DNA of 64,000 nucleotides from a virus. Position 1 is the stretch's first letter. Each line of letters opens with the position of its first letter. A program made the translations under genes and the position numbers. The notes below the pieces were generated by a model that did not search any database, had not been told where the DNA came from, and was given only the letters and a program-made list of their open reading frames with translations. Positions 1-8,802 of the stretch are shown in pieces. The stretch spans positions 1 through 64,000 of IMG/VR virus record IMGVR_UViG_3300044729_003839; one strand, written 5' to 3'.

Positions 1-86
1 GATAAGGAGTCTTTATCAGTGTGAAACTTTATGTTAGGAAATCATAATATATTCCCCCTGTAGTTGAAAGATATTTAATGGGGGTT

Positions 87-95
87 TGCTACAAT
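87..95 (+). promoter_or_regulatory. Putative host sigma70 extended -10 promoter for the small-gene array
   Basis: TGCTACAAT matches TGnTAnnnT, about 35 nt before ATG 133. Confidence 0.45.
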
Positions 96-126
96 CCTGG
101 TCCTATCGTGCTTTCAACACGGGATT

Positions 127-351
127 TTGGCTATGGCGGGAAATTTATTAGAGATCGGTGATGAGGATTACCTTATAGATTTAGTAAAAAGCACCTACGG
201 ATTGCGTTTATATATTAAGAGAGGTTATTTTACTAATTTTATTTATGTTTCAGAAACTAATAACAAGGACTGTCGAGTAAGGGCCTACAGTTGCAGTATT
301 ACCGAAGAACAATTCTTAGCTAATATAATAAAAGATTTCCTATTCTCATGA
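127..351 (+). CDS. Small array protein, KDFLFS subfamily (ATG at 133 likely)
   Basis: Ends EEQFLANIIKDFLFS; ATGA overlap with next gene. Confidence 0.8.
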   Translation: MAMAGNLLEIGDEDYLIDLVKSTYGLRLYIKRGYFTNFIYVSETNNKDCRVRAYSCSITEEQFLANIIKDFLFS

Positions 352-653
352 CTGAAGATCTTTTTACCAGAGTTCAAGAATTCCTAGAAAAGAACTCTTA
401 TCACAGTTACAGGTATTCAAATAATTATCTTGACCTAAGAGCAGAACTCACCGGGGAAATTGAAAGGCTAATAAAATGCCGCTTTAAATATGACGTATTG
501 GTTATTTTAGGGGATGAAGGTAACGAGTCATTGCTTTTTGACAATAATCAAACCATAATCTCATACCGTATCGAGAAATTCAAAAACGAGGATGTTTTCC
601 TCGGGCATATTATGAAAGATTTCATATTCGGATGTCCGGATCCGGGCGCCTAA
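348..653 (+). CDS. Small array protein, KDFLFS subfamily
   Basis: EDVFLGHIMKDFIFG near C-terminus. Confidence 0.8.
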   Translation: MTEDLFTRVQEFLEKNSYHSYRYSNNYLDLRAELTGEIERLIKCRFKYDVLVILGDEGNESLLFDNNQTIISYRIEKFKNEDVFLGHIMKDFIFGCPDPGA

Positions 654-660
654 CGGCGCA

Positions 661-692
661 GGGGCTTCGCCCCGTCCGTCTTGTGCTATGGT
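661..692 (+). promoter_or_regulatory. GC hairpin followed by extended -10-like element
   Basis: GGGGC-TTC-GCCCC (661-673), then TGCTATGGT (684-692), in the only large gap of the array. Confidence 0.35.
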
Positions 693-765
693 AGCCCCGG
701 AGTCTTTATGAGGTGGACGGAAAGAATGGAAGACTCTGCCGAATCCAGAGTATGTCCTATGGCTT

Positions 766-1011
766 ATGAATAATTACAAGTACAACGATAATTATTTAAA
801 ATTGCTAGACATTGAGCATGCAATGGGCAAATATTTGAGTGAAAAACTATCTTTAAAGATAAGGGTGCAGGTGCATGTAATTCCTCCCATTCGCGAGGGA
901 GTTACCGTCAGAGTGTCAGGTGGCGAGAGAATTATTTTCTACCCGTATGAAAGTCTACTTCAAAAAGATGTGTTCATGCTTCGTGTTTTCAAAGACTTTA
1001 TCTTTTCCTAG
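766..1011 (+). CDS. Small array protein, KDFLFS subfamily
   Basis: Ends KDVFMLRVFKDFIFS. Confidence 0.8.
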   Translation: MNNYKYNDNYLKLLDIEHAMGKYLSEKLSLKIRVQVHVIPPIREGVTVRVSGGERIIFYPYESLLQKDVFMLRVFKDFIFS

Positions 1012-1013
1012 AC

Positions 1014-1292
1014 ATGGATTTTAACACGGTAGTCGAACTTTTTAGAAGGGAGGTGATACAGGTTTTTCCTTACGGGGATCACACATACCGATGCGAGCAG
1101 TTTCTAGAAGGATTGATTAAAAAGACCTACAACCTTAATGTGTGTGTTTACATAAGCCTTGTCTCTAATTTTATACATGTGTACGTCCCCGGACCTTCTG
1201 AAGGCGATGAGGCGACTTACAGGTTCGGAATAGATTTTGAAAGCGAAGACCAGTTTTTGGCCAATGTAATGAAAGATTTTCTTTTCTCTTAA
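1014..1292 (+). CDS. Small array protein, KDFLFS subfamily
   Basis: Ends EDQFLANVMKDFLFS. Confidence 0.8.
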   Translation: MDFNTVVELFRREVIQVFPYGDHTYRCEQFLEGLIKKTYNLNVCVYISLVSNFIHVYVPGPSEGDEATYRFGIDFESEDQFLANVMKDFLFS

Positions 1293-1300
1293 CCAAGGCT

Positions 1301-1585
1301 ATGTACCAACTACCTGATGAAGATTTGCTCATGGAATGTTATAAGACATACGAACCAAGGAAAGGGCCATTGGCCCTTCTCGAAGATGAGATTGAAAACT
1401 TTATACAAGAAAAACTGTCCCTGTCTATGTGGGTTTATATTACTATGGGATGTGGTAGCCCAGAAAGAATAAAATTTGAAGTTTTTGAACGGGAGAAAAC
1501 TGGTTACAAAATCTATTTATACGAACAGGTCAAAGACCCGGGATTATTCCTAATGTACATTGTGAGGGATTTTTTGTTCTCATGA
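1301..1585 (+). CDS. Small array protein, KDFLFS subfamily
   Basis: Ends GLFLMYIVRDFLFS. Confidence 0.8.
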   Translation: MYQLPDEDLLMECYKTYEPRKGPLALLEDEIENFIQEKLSLSMWVYITMGCGSPERIKFEVFEREKTGYKIYLYEQVKDPGLFLMYIVRDFLFS

Positions 1586-1723
1586 TGAAATTCCCTTACT
1601 TAGAGATTATGTCTTTGTATTTGGATGATGATGATTATTATCGTGCAGACCGCTATGGTCCGGCTTGACGACGACCCCAGGGTGGTGTACGATGCCCTTA
1701 AGCTCAAGGAGATGTTCTCGTGA
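1582..1723 (+). pseudogene. Frameshifted or deleted array member
   Basis: ATG 1582 frame stops early; a different frame ends DDDPRVVYDALKLKEMFS-TGA (1721-1723), the array C-terminal motif. Confidence 0.55.
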
Positions 1724-2007
1724 TTTTTCCCGGCAGGTCGTTTTGGGACGACAGTGAAACCTGGAAATATAGCCATCGGGAAATATAGGTCACTATAGAT
1801 ATCATGTTGCGTCAAAAGTTTCCTGGCAGTATAGTTTACTGTTTTATAAAGAAAAACACACAAAACTCAAACTACTATATTCTTGTAAAGACACCTGGTC
1901 CCCATAATAGTCCTATTTATTTTGAAAAACTAAACATGAGCGATACTGCAGAGTCACTTTTCTCTAAAATCGAACCGGCCGTTTCCCTCGCACTCTTATT
2001 CAAATGA
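1720..2007 (+). pseudogene. Array member with in-frame TAG at 1786-1788 (or shortened CDS 1804-2007)
   Basis: GTG 1720 is in frame with 1804; TIDIMLRQKF resembles VIDIFLESHY of 2635; ends VSLALLFK. Confidence 0.55.
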
Positions 2008-2342
2008 CACCGCATAGGGAGGAGATTTTGCTCCGGACTTCCAAATTCTATTTGACAGATGCCGGAGTATCTCTGGAATTACGTATAGATAAAGAGTTAG
2101 GCAAAAGATTCTACTTCGTACATTGCTTTGTACGTACTAGAAAAAGTGATCATAAAGTCTTTGTTCAGTTATACGAGTATGGTCTGTCAGCTTACCCGGA
2201 TAAAAGAAACAGCATTATCATTGTAGAAGTAAAAGACTTCGAAGATTTTGAACCCCTGCTCGAGAAGCTGGTATCCTGTGCCGAGATGTATATCTTGTTC
2301 GGGGGTAGCAGGAGTGCAGCTTTTAGGGGGGAGGCGAAATAA
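2004..2342 (+). CDS. Small array protein, HCxVR...KVFVxLYxY subfamily
   Basis: VHCFVRTRKSDHKVFVQLYEY; EMYILFG near end. Confidence 0.8.
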   Translation: MTPHREEILLRTSKFYLTDAGVSLELRIDKELGKRFYFVHCFVRTRKSDHKVFVQLYEYGLSAYPDKRNSIIIVEVKDFEDFEPLLEKLVSCAEMYILFGGSRSAAFRGEAK

Positions 2343-2632
2343 TGCTTTCTGCTCTATTAAATCAGATTGGTAAAGAGTGCAGAGAAACTCGCCTCTGGGC
2401 CGCCTATGGTAATGCCCGTACCTTGCTTGACAAAGAATGTTTTTCCGGGCGTTTCTACGCCTTCGTGGATAACGAGGACTGTTACCTGCAAAACGGAGAA
2501 GGAGGTAAATTCGTCTTTTCGTATTGGGAGGGCTTCTCGCAAAAGCTTAAACTAGAATACCCCTTAAACGAGTTTGTCAAAAACCCCGGGGGCATTGTTG
2601 CCCAGATCCGCCTCAAAATCCTTTTCTCTTAA
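2342..2632 (+). CDS. Small array protein, WxAYG subfamily
   Basis: LWAAYG; ends AQIRLKILFS. Confidence 0.8.
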   Translation: MLSALLNQIGKECRETRLWAAYGNARTLLDKECFSGRFYAFVDNEDCYLQNGEGGKFVFSYWEGFSQKLKLEYPLNEFVKNPGGIVAQIRLKILFS

Positions 2633-2634
2633 CC

Positions 2635-2949
2635 ATGGAAAACACTTCGATTAGTGACAACTGGGATCAGTTCGAAGACACGCTCTTTACTAAGCAGAAG
2701 GAGTGCGTTATAGATATATTTTTAGAATCACATTACAAGGGGATACATTGCTGGGTTAGGCGCAAAATAAGTGACAACAAGGTGTTTGTAGAGCTTTATG
2801 ACTATTATGTGAGAGATGGTGAAAATGTTATTTTCGCGATACTCGAATTCGATGAGGGCGAGTCTTTCTTGCAGCAAGAGGTGAAAGCCTGTGTTAGCAT
2901 GTACTTGCTGTTTAAGAGAGAGTCAATCCCATGGTTAATACTACCTTAA
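2635..2949 (+). CDS. Small array protein, HCxVR subfamily
   Basis: IHCWVRRKISDNKVFVELYDY; SMYLLFK. Confidence 0.8.
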   Translation: MENTSISDNWDQFEDTLFTKQKECVIDIFLESHYKGIHCWVRRKISDNKVFVELYDYYVRDGENVIFAILEFDEGESFLQQEVKACVSMYLLFKRESIPWLILP

Positions 2950-3224
2950 AGACTTTAAGAAATTCTTTTGATTTTGAACGTGCGATGGGTGACTGGAGCT
3001 TGGAGCATTCCCTAGACCATCTGCTAGAGCAAGACTTTTGCAAAATTCATTGTCTTGTGAAGACGAGTAACACCAATAATAAAAGATTTGTGGAAGTGTA
3101 TGATTATGGCGGTACATACACCAAATCTATACTTTTGAAAGAGATTACGCATGAAGACAACCCCGAAGATTTATATAAAAGGTTAATGCCTGAGGTAAAA
3201 CTTCTCGTGCTGTTCGGGGATTAA
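2931..3224 (+). CDS. Small array protein, HCxVR subfamily
   Basis: IHCLVKTSNTNNKRFVEVYDY; ends VKLLVLFGD. Confidence 0.8.
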   Translation: MVNTTLKTLRNSFDFERAMGDWSLEHSLDHLLEQDFCKIHCLVKTSNTNNKRFVEVYDYGGTYTKSILLKEITHEDNPEDLYKRLMPEVKLLVLFGD

Positions 3225-3229
3225 TTTTT

Positions 3230-3502
3230 GTGGGTAAGAAAGAAAACTTCAGAAGCCTCTTTGGCAAAGATTGGAGCAGATTTTACATAATGGATTATTT
3301 TTTCGACAGGGGGTATTCAGCCCGGGTAGTGGCAAAACTAAACGATAATGGTTATGTGTTAGGCTACCGTAGTTTTATGGAGCTGAGAAGGTTTGAAAAC
3401 TTCCCACAGCCTGTGGCCGCGTCTCTGGACCTGTCAGGGTATGATGAGGAGAACCCTGACGAGGCGATTCAGGCCCTTGAACTGCTGTTGTTATTCCAAT
3501 GA
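3230..3502 (+). CDS. Small array protein
   Basis: Ends IQALELLLLFQ; ATGA coupling to next gene. Confidence 0.75.
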   Translation: MGKKENFRSLFGKDWSRFYIMDYFFDRGYSARVVAKLNDNGYVLGYRSFMELRRFENFPQPVAASLDLSGYDEENPDEAIQALELLLLFQ

Positions 3503-3774
3503 TTAAACGCCTTGAAAACCAGTACACAACTTATTTAATGTGGCATGCCTATGGAATTCTAAGAGATCGTCTTGAAAGAGAGTTTGCAACTCCCGAGTAT
3601 AATTACTACCTGTTTATCGAAGACGATGGAGTCGAGTGCTCCTCAAAAACCCTAGTATTCTCGTGCTGGAAAAATGGGGAGAATAAGTGTCGTATGAGAT
3701 TTCCTATACCTTTTCTGATTGATGACCAGATGGCGATATATACTCAAATAAAGATGAAGGTGATGTTCTCATGA
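3499..3774 (+). CDS. Small array protein, WxAYG subfamily
   Basis: MWHAYG; ends TQIKMKVMFS. Confidence 0.8.
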   Translation: MIKRLENQYTTYLMWHAYGILRDRLEREFATPEYNYYLFIEDDGVECSSKTLVFSCWKNGENKCRMRFPIPFLIDDQMAIYTQIKMKVMFS

Positions 3775-4019
3775 CACCTGTAAAAGTGTGGAACAACGCC
3801 AAAGTCGCCTTCGGCAAACAAGGTTTAGAAATTATACCCTACTCGGATGGGAAAAAGTTTAAGGTAAGGATTTTCTCAGTAAGCTCTTCAACAAATACAA
3901 TTCAATGGGTTTCCAAGCCGTCGCAAGAATTCCCTCTCAACTTATTAGACGAGTTGGACGAAAACGGCCTTAAAGATCTTGTCTTCAAATACCTTATTCT
4001 TTCGAATTTCGAATCATGA
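3771..4019 (+). CDS. Small array protein (divergent C-terminus)
   Basis: ATGA-coupled on both sides; ends FKYLILSNFES. Confidence 0.7.
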   Translation: MTPVKVWNNAKVAFGKQGLEIIPYSDGKKFKVRIFSVSSSTNTIQWVSKPSQEFPLNLLDELDENGLKDLVFKYLILSNFES

Positions 4020-4255
4020 TGAGCGAACAGGAGGAGACGGTTTGGGGTAGTTACGGCATAGCAAAAGATTTGCTAAGTGAGAAGCTACAGGGCGTAAGGT
4101 TTTGGTTTTTTATTGAAAGGACCAATATGCCTTTAGAAGAGTGGAAAGTGGTAATCGCATCACTCGATCATGATGAAATGTATAGCTTGGATGAAATGAT
4201 AGGCAAAGAGAAGGAATTTTGTGATAAAGTCGCCCTTAAGTTCCTGTTCTCTTAG
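4016..4255 (+). CDS. Small array protein, WxxYG subfamily
   Basis: VWGSYG; ends DKVALKFLFS. Confidence 0.8.
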   Translation: MMSEQEETVWGSYGIAKDLLSEKLQGVRFWFFIERTNMPLEEWKVVIASLDHDEMYSLDEMIGKEKEFCDKVALKFLFS

Positions 4256-4259
4256 TATT

Positions 4260-4529
4260 ATGACTTTAGCCTTCTCTGATTATAACGACAATGACCTTTG
4301 GGATAAATACTCTGAATTGAGACAGGGAGTAATAGAACTGCTTATGGATGATAAGAGGGATTTTGCTCTGTTCTTTCGTAGGGATAGAAACTTATTAGAA
4401 TTTAACTTATTTGAGGGCAAGATAAATGAATACAATGGAAAAATAACTATGCAGTTTGACGTGTCAGACTTTAAAGAGAACCCCAGTCAAGTGTTTGAAC
4501 AAATCCGCCTTACCATCTTGTTTCAATGA
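4260..4529 (+). CDS. Small array protein
   Basis: LWDKYS; ends EQIRLTILFQ; ATG 4260 preferred over 4221. Confidence 0.8.
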   Translation: MTLAFSDYNDNDLWDKYSELRQGVIELLMDDKRDFALFFRRDRNLLEFNLFEGKINEYNGKITMQFDVSDFKENPSQVFEQIRLTILFQ

Positions 4530-4765
4530 GCCTTTTATTGAATGTAAAACTTTTTAAAGAGGGTTTAAAGAGTTTTTTGGGGGAGAATCATTACGTCCAT
4601 TTCCGTCCATATTCTTATGCCGAAAGGCCGGGAGTGGGAAAAGTTTACATATTACCGAATTTATGGACGTATGAATTCCCAGTAGAAGAGTTAAAAGACT
4701 GGGAAAACTTGCTGGGCAAAATCAAGTTAAAATATCTTTTCGATACGGCTAGTCGTCATGATTAA
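4526..4765 (+). CDS. Small array protein (last member)
   Basis: GKIKLKYLFD near C-terminus. Confidence 0.75.
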   Translation: MSLLLNVKLFKEGLKSFLGENHYVHFRPYSYAERPGVGKVYILPNLWTYEFPVEELKDWENLLGKIKLKYLFDTASRHD

Positions 4766-5245
4766 GCCAGCTCGGGAAGTTTATCTTTTCACCTAAAGCT
4801 TGATCCAAGAGGCCCAGCAGAAACCGCCCCAGACGCGTTGCAACGGGCTTTACCACCATCACCCCTACGAAGGCGCTGAGGGCCGTGTGGGCGTCATCTG
4901 AATAGGGGTGGGGGTCACGTAACCGAGCTGGCCCGCCCCCGGGGACGTCTTCATCACGTCCAGAGCCGTTAAAGGGGGCTTAAGCCTGTCATCAGGCTTT
5001 CAACGGCCAGCGGCCACTCTCTCCCCTTATACGCCTTATATTGTTTTGCAAAAAGAAAAGAAAAAAAGAAAAGAAAATACATAAGAATATAGGGGTATAA
5101 AAAAAGACACGAGAAGTTCGGGTTCCGGCCGCCAGAACAGGCGTTTCAGCCATACCAAGGCATCTCACCTTAAGACTCATGAGAATCACGCCTTAAAAGG
5201 GGTAAAAACGACCTCGGGCGGAAAAATATTCTGTTGTTGTTTTGT

Positions 5246-5516
5246 ACAAAACATTGGCCTAAAAATGGGTAAGAATTCGGCAAAAACACAAAACATTTTC
5301 GGAAAAACACAAAACATTTGCCGTAAAAAGACAAAACATTTCCAAAACCCCTTGCTATGACTAGGAAAAAATTCTTTTGTTGTTTTGCACAAAATCTTTG
5401 AAAATGCGAATTTTTTCGAGCGTTTTTTGATCGTTTTCGAGCAAAATCTCACGCAAAACAACAAAACATACAAAACATTCTCGAAAACCTAGTCCAGCAC
5501 TAGAAAAATGTTTTGC
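5246..5516. repeat. Iteron-like ACAAAACAT repeats in a non-coding, origin-like region
   Basis: ACAAAACAT at 5246, 5288, 5309, 5331, 5461, 5470; inverted copy near 5507; A-rich tract at about 5050-5105. Confidence 0.6.
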
Positions 5517-5679
5517 AAAAATTTGCAATAGAACTTGATTTTGTTCGAAAAACGGCCGTAAAAATCCGATTTTTGGAATTTTTTAGTCGGGTTCCCGCAA
5601 TTCTCACACAAGTCTCAAAGTGAGAGAGGCTTCTTTTTACCACAGGGGTGGTAAAATCTGAAAGGCAAATAGAGACATC

Positions 5680-6726
5680 GTGGTACGTAAGAAAAGCCCA
5701 ACCCTATCCGCCGCTCAAATTACCGAGCTGTCGAAGACCATGAGCCGGGAGAGTTTCAATCTCCTGTTAAGGACAATGTTGTCCAGAGAACAGAAAGAGC
5801 AAGAACTCGCCCTAAGCCAATCAAAGGAGCGGTTACTAGACAAGAAGATAAAACTCGCTAGTATCATGAAATCTACAATACAAGAGTATGCTGAATCCTG
5901 TGCAGAGAACAAATACACCCCTATGGCTATAAGCAGTATCTCTGCCGCGTTTGCAGCGATGACGGGGGAAAACCCAGACCTGGGGCTGCCTGATATGTCT
6001 GTGTTCAACGAAAAGAATACACCTTCACCACCGACGGACAACGCCCTAGACATGGCGGGATTTGACGAGCGAGTGAAGAAAGCGGAGGGTCAAGGATTCC
6101 GCTGGAACGACAGAAACGAGATGCCAGCCAATAAATCTACTGCGTTGAAAAAGATCGCGAAGTGGGAAAGTGAATTAGAGGAAGGCAGAAATATTGACCT
6201 TAAGTCTGTGTGTGAGATAGACTATGATTTGGAGGTTAAGCAGAAGTCCAAAGCGTTTATTGTTGGTGTATGCGAATCGCTTGAAAATAGCCTCAACCTT
6301 AGTAATACGCCATTATCACCATATTTAAAAAGGCGGTTCTCTGCACTTAAAGAGAAGTATTGTTCAAGCGCTGTTGAAGTGGCAGTGCAAGCCGACCCTA
6401 AAGTGTCGATAAACGACCAGATCAAAGGCCTTTATGATCACATATTTAAAAATAACAAGACAGAAAATCATTGGCAAGAACACCAACCTTACCTACGTAA
6501 GCTGTTCGCAAACAGGGGGGACGATATTCGCAAGGTATGTGGCGCGACCTTGGGGCGGCTGGTGTGCATAGGAGTTTACCCGCCAACAGTGAAATGGCGA
6601 GACGAGGAGGAAAAGCGCCGCTTTGAGAGGAATGCTCCTGGCTTATGGGTAGAAGAACAGAGAAAGTATTACGCCCCGCAACTTGAAGCGCTACGGGACG
6701 AATACATAGCCCGGGTAGGGCTCTAA
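5680..6726 (+). CDS. Hypothetical protein next to the origin-like region
   Basis: 348-aa ORF with no motif recognised. Confidence 0.7.
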   Translation: MVRKKSPTLSAAQITELSKTMSRESFNLLLRTMLSREQKEQELALSQSKERLLDKKIKLASIMKSTIQEYAESCAENKYTPMAISSISAAFAAMTGENPDLGLPDMSVFNEKNTPSPPTDNALDMAGFDERVKKAEGQGFRWNDRNEMPANKSTALKKIAKWESELEEGRNIDLKSVCEIDYDLEVKQKSKAFIVGVCESLENSLNLSNTPLSPYLKRRFSALKEKYCSSAVEVAVQADPKVSINDQIKGLYDHIFKNNKTENHWQEHQPYLRKLFANRGDDIRKVCGATLGRLVCIGVYPPTVKWRDEEEKRRFERNAPGLWVEEQRKYYAPQLEALRDEYIARVGL

Positions 6727-6727
6727 T

Positions 6728-8089
6728 TCAAATTGATATCCTGCCCGAGCCTGCCGGATACCCGATAGAATCCCGGTCTTTGATCGAGTGGTAAAGTTTG
6801 CTGTTATAATTAATCCCAAAACTATTAGAAATCACTATTCTGGGGTAATCATCAAGGCTCGACCATCTGTAATATTTAAACCCTTTTGACTGGTTAATGG
6901 CATGCATTCTGTCCACAACCTGTGATTCAAGATTGCCTGGTGCGCTCTTGGCGTACCAGTTATCCCACAAAATATTGCAGGTCATATAGAATTCAAAAGC
7001 CTCATCACTTTTAAGCGCGAGTAGTTTGCGGCAAATCTCATTCTTGCCAGTCAACAAGTCTAGTCCTTTGAACTGAAGCTTAGTCTTGTAGGGGCCGTAG
7101 TCTGTATGAAAGCCGATCATTTTCAAGTCTTTGAAAACAGCTTCCAGATCGACACTTTCGAAATCACCCGTGTCAAGACCATTTCTTAACATTACAGAGC
7201 CCCAGCACAAGTCGGACAGGTGGCAAGAGTTTCGGGAATCTCCGAACTGCATACTGTAATAGTGATGTCCTCGCCTTGTTGTAACATCCTTTTTAATTTC
7301 GTTTAGGACCTGATCCCGGTACAAGTCGGCAAAATCTTTTAACAGGTCGTCTGTAATACGCATCTCATCCAAACTCTTGACTAAATGCCTCAAGGAGTAC
7401 GACCCGCACATAGAGATGAATTGGAAAAGGGTTTTGTAGTCCGCCTTTTGACGGATCATCTCAAACGTGTTCAGCATCTCCCTTCTCGAAAGGACTATGA
7501 ACCCCTCTTTGCGAGAATTATAATCCTGGTCGATAGAATTAATAAACTCGCTTTGCTTCGCAACACCTTTGTTGAGAAAAGTCAGCCTGTTTGAGAAATA
7601 TAGTTTCGACATGTTGCTATTGACAACATCCGAGACTCTTTGCCGCACATCAGAATCCTTAAGCTCTCTAAAGAATTCCGCCGTCTTCATCATCGACAAC
7701 ACCTGCTCCAGTATCAAGACGTTGTTAATCTTCGGCGAAGTCACCAACGCTCGGCATATCACCTCTCTATTATGCGATTTGACCTTGTGCAAAGAGCCGC
7801 CGATACTGTTCAAAAATTGTGCCGGATCGGTATACGCTTCGTAAATGTCTTTGACGACAGGGTCCGAGGCGAACAAGCTTTTGACGGTAAAGCTTGTGTT
7901 GTTAATCACTTCTTTGATGTAAAGGCGTGCCGCCGCGCACATCAAAGCGGTACTTGCGTTCGGGTTCGAGGCAACCGCTTTTCGAACCCTGGGCGAGGTG
8001 GTCGAATCCCATACCCTCGCCAACTCTTCTGACGTAATGTCATCAGACTCCGCCAGTTTCAAAAGGTCCTGTACCTGCTGCTGGCTCAT
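6728..8089 (-). CDS. Hypothetical protein with N-terminal leucine-rich-variant/HEAT-like repeat
   Basis: ELARVWD...VRKAVASNPNAS motif; ATG 8089 preferred. Confidence 0.7.
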   Translation of the reverse strand: MSQQQVQDLLKLAESDDITSEELARVWDSTTSPRVRKAVASNPNASTALMCAAARLYIKEVINNTSFTVKSLFASDPVVKDIYEAYTDPAQFLNSIGGSLHKVKSHNREVICRALVTSPKINNVLILEQVLSMMKTAEFFRELKDSDVRQRVSDVVNSNMSKLYFSNRLTFLNKGVAKQSEFINSIDQDYNSRKEGFIVLSRREMLNTFEMIRQKADYKTLFQFISMCGSYSLRHLVKSLDEMRITDDLLKDFADLYRDQVLNEIKKDVTTRRGHHYYSMQFGDSRNSCHLSDLCWGSVMLRNGLDTGDFESVDLEAVFKDLKMIGFHTDYGPYKTKLQFKGLDLLTGKNEICRKLLALKSDEAFEFYMTCNILWDNWYAKSAPGNLESQVVDRMHAINQSKGFKYYRWSSLDDYPRIVISNSFGINYNSKLYHSIKDRDSIGYPAGSGRISI

Positions 8090-8376
8090 TTTCTGTTCCT
8101 CTTGCGGCTGGTGCTCGTGGTCGCGATAGTTTCCGTCAACTGGCACCAAAGCTCGTTCGAGCATTCTACGCTACAAACGTGCTCGACGGCGTAACGAGAT
8201 TTGAACAGGGTGCTTTTGCCGCAGATGCCGCAGCGCCCTGCGGTCTCTTGCCGGACGTAAACGTCGTCATGGCATTCGACAAACGCTTCGTTGGGATTGA
8301 AATAAGTCCGCTTCGGGCGGACGACGGTGGATGTTGGCACGGTGAATTTCCGAACTGAGAAAATTTTACCATACAA
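8086..8376 (-). CDS. Small putative zinc-binding protein
   Basis: CGICG...CSVEC cysteine pairs; overlaps start of the next minus-strand gene. Confidence 0.55.
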   Translation of the reverse strand: MYGKIFSVRKFTVPTSTVVRPKRTYFNPNEAFVECHDDVYVRQETAGRCGICGKSTLFKSRYAVEHVCSVECSNELWCQLTETIATTSTSRKRNRK

Positions 8377-8427
8377 TCCCGTTTAAGGCGAGGTAGTATC
8401 ATTTTTTCACCTGAAATCCCCGAGCAC

Positions 8428-8802
8428 ATGAAAAACCCCAAGCGTTACCCTGAGATTTTTGTCGAGAAGGACTGGCTCGTATCCCGGGGCGACATTATAA
8501 AACGAGTGGTCAAGATTGACGACAACACGTACCGGGTGATTTACACCAATCCGGTCTTTGGGGACACGATGGAGATATTTGAAGTGGATGGCGATGGGGA
8601 CTTATGCCTTAAGTCTATATTTACGCCCGAGATGCAGACGGAGGAAGAGCTGGAATCGGTCAAAGATTATTACAACAATTACATACTAGATGGCGAACAA
8701 ACGTATATCGAGTATTTCAACAAGGCGGTGGGATATTTTCTTCTTTCAAGGAATATCGGGGTGTATCCGACCTCGGTCTATGGTGAGAGGGGTAAGGAGT
8801 GA
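8428..8802 (+). CDS. Hypothetical protein
   Basis: 124-aa ORF, GTGA-coupled to next gene. Confidence 0.7.
   Translation: MKNPKRYPEIFVEKDWLVSRGDIIKRVVKIDDNTYRVIYTNPVFGDTMEIFEVDGDGDLCLKSIFTPEMQTEEELESVKDYYNNYILDGEQTYIEYFNKAVGYFLLSRNIGVYPTSVYGERGKE

Noticed and set aside
1786-1788. In-frame TAG as evidence of stop-codon recoding
   Set aside because: TAG ends other genes exactly at the conserved tail (1011, 4255), long genes are intact in the standard code, and no suppressor tRNA is present.
4992-5473. Minus-strand ORFs 4992-5189 and 5186-5473
   Set aside because: Phe/Cys-rich translations of the A-rich repeats; more likely non-coding.
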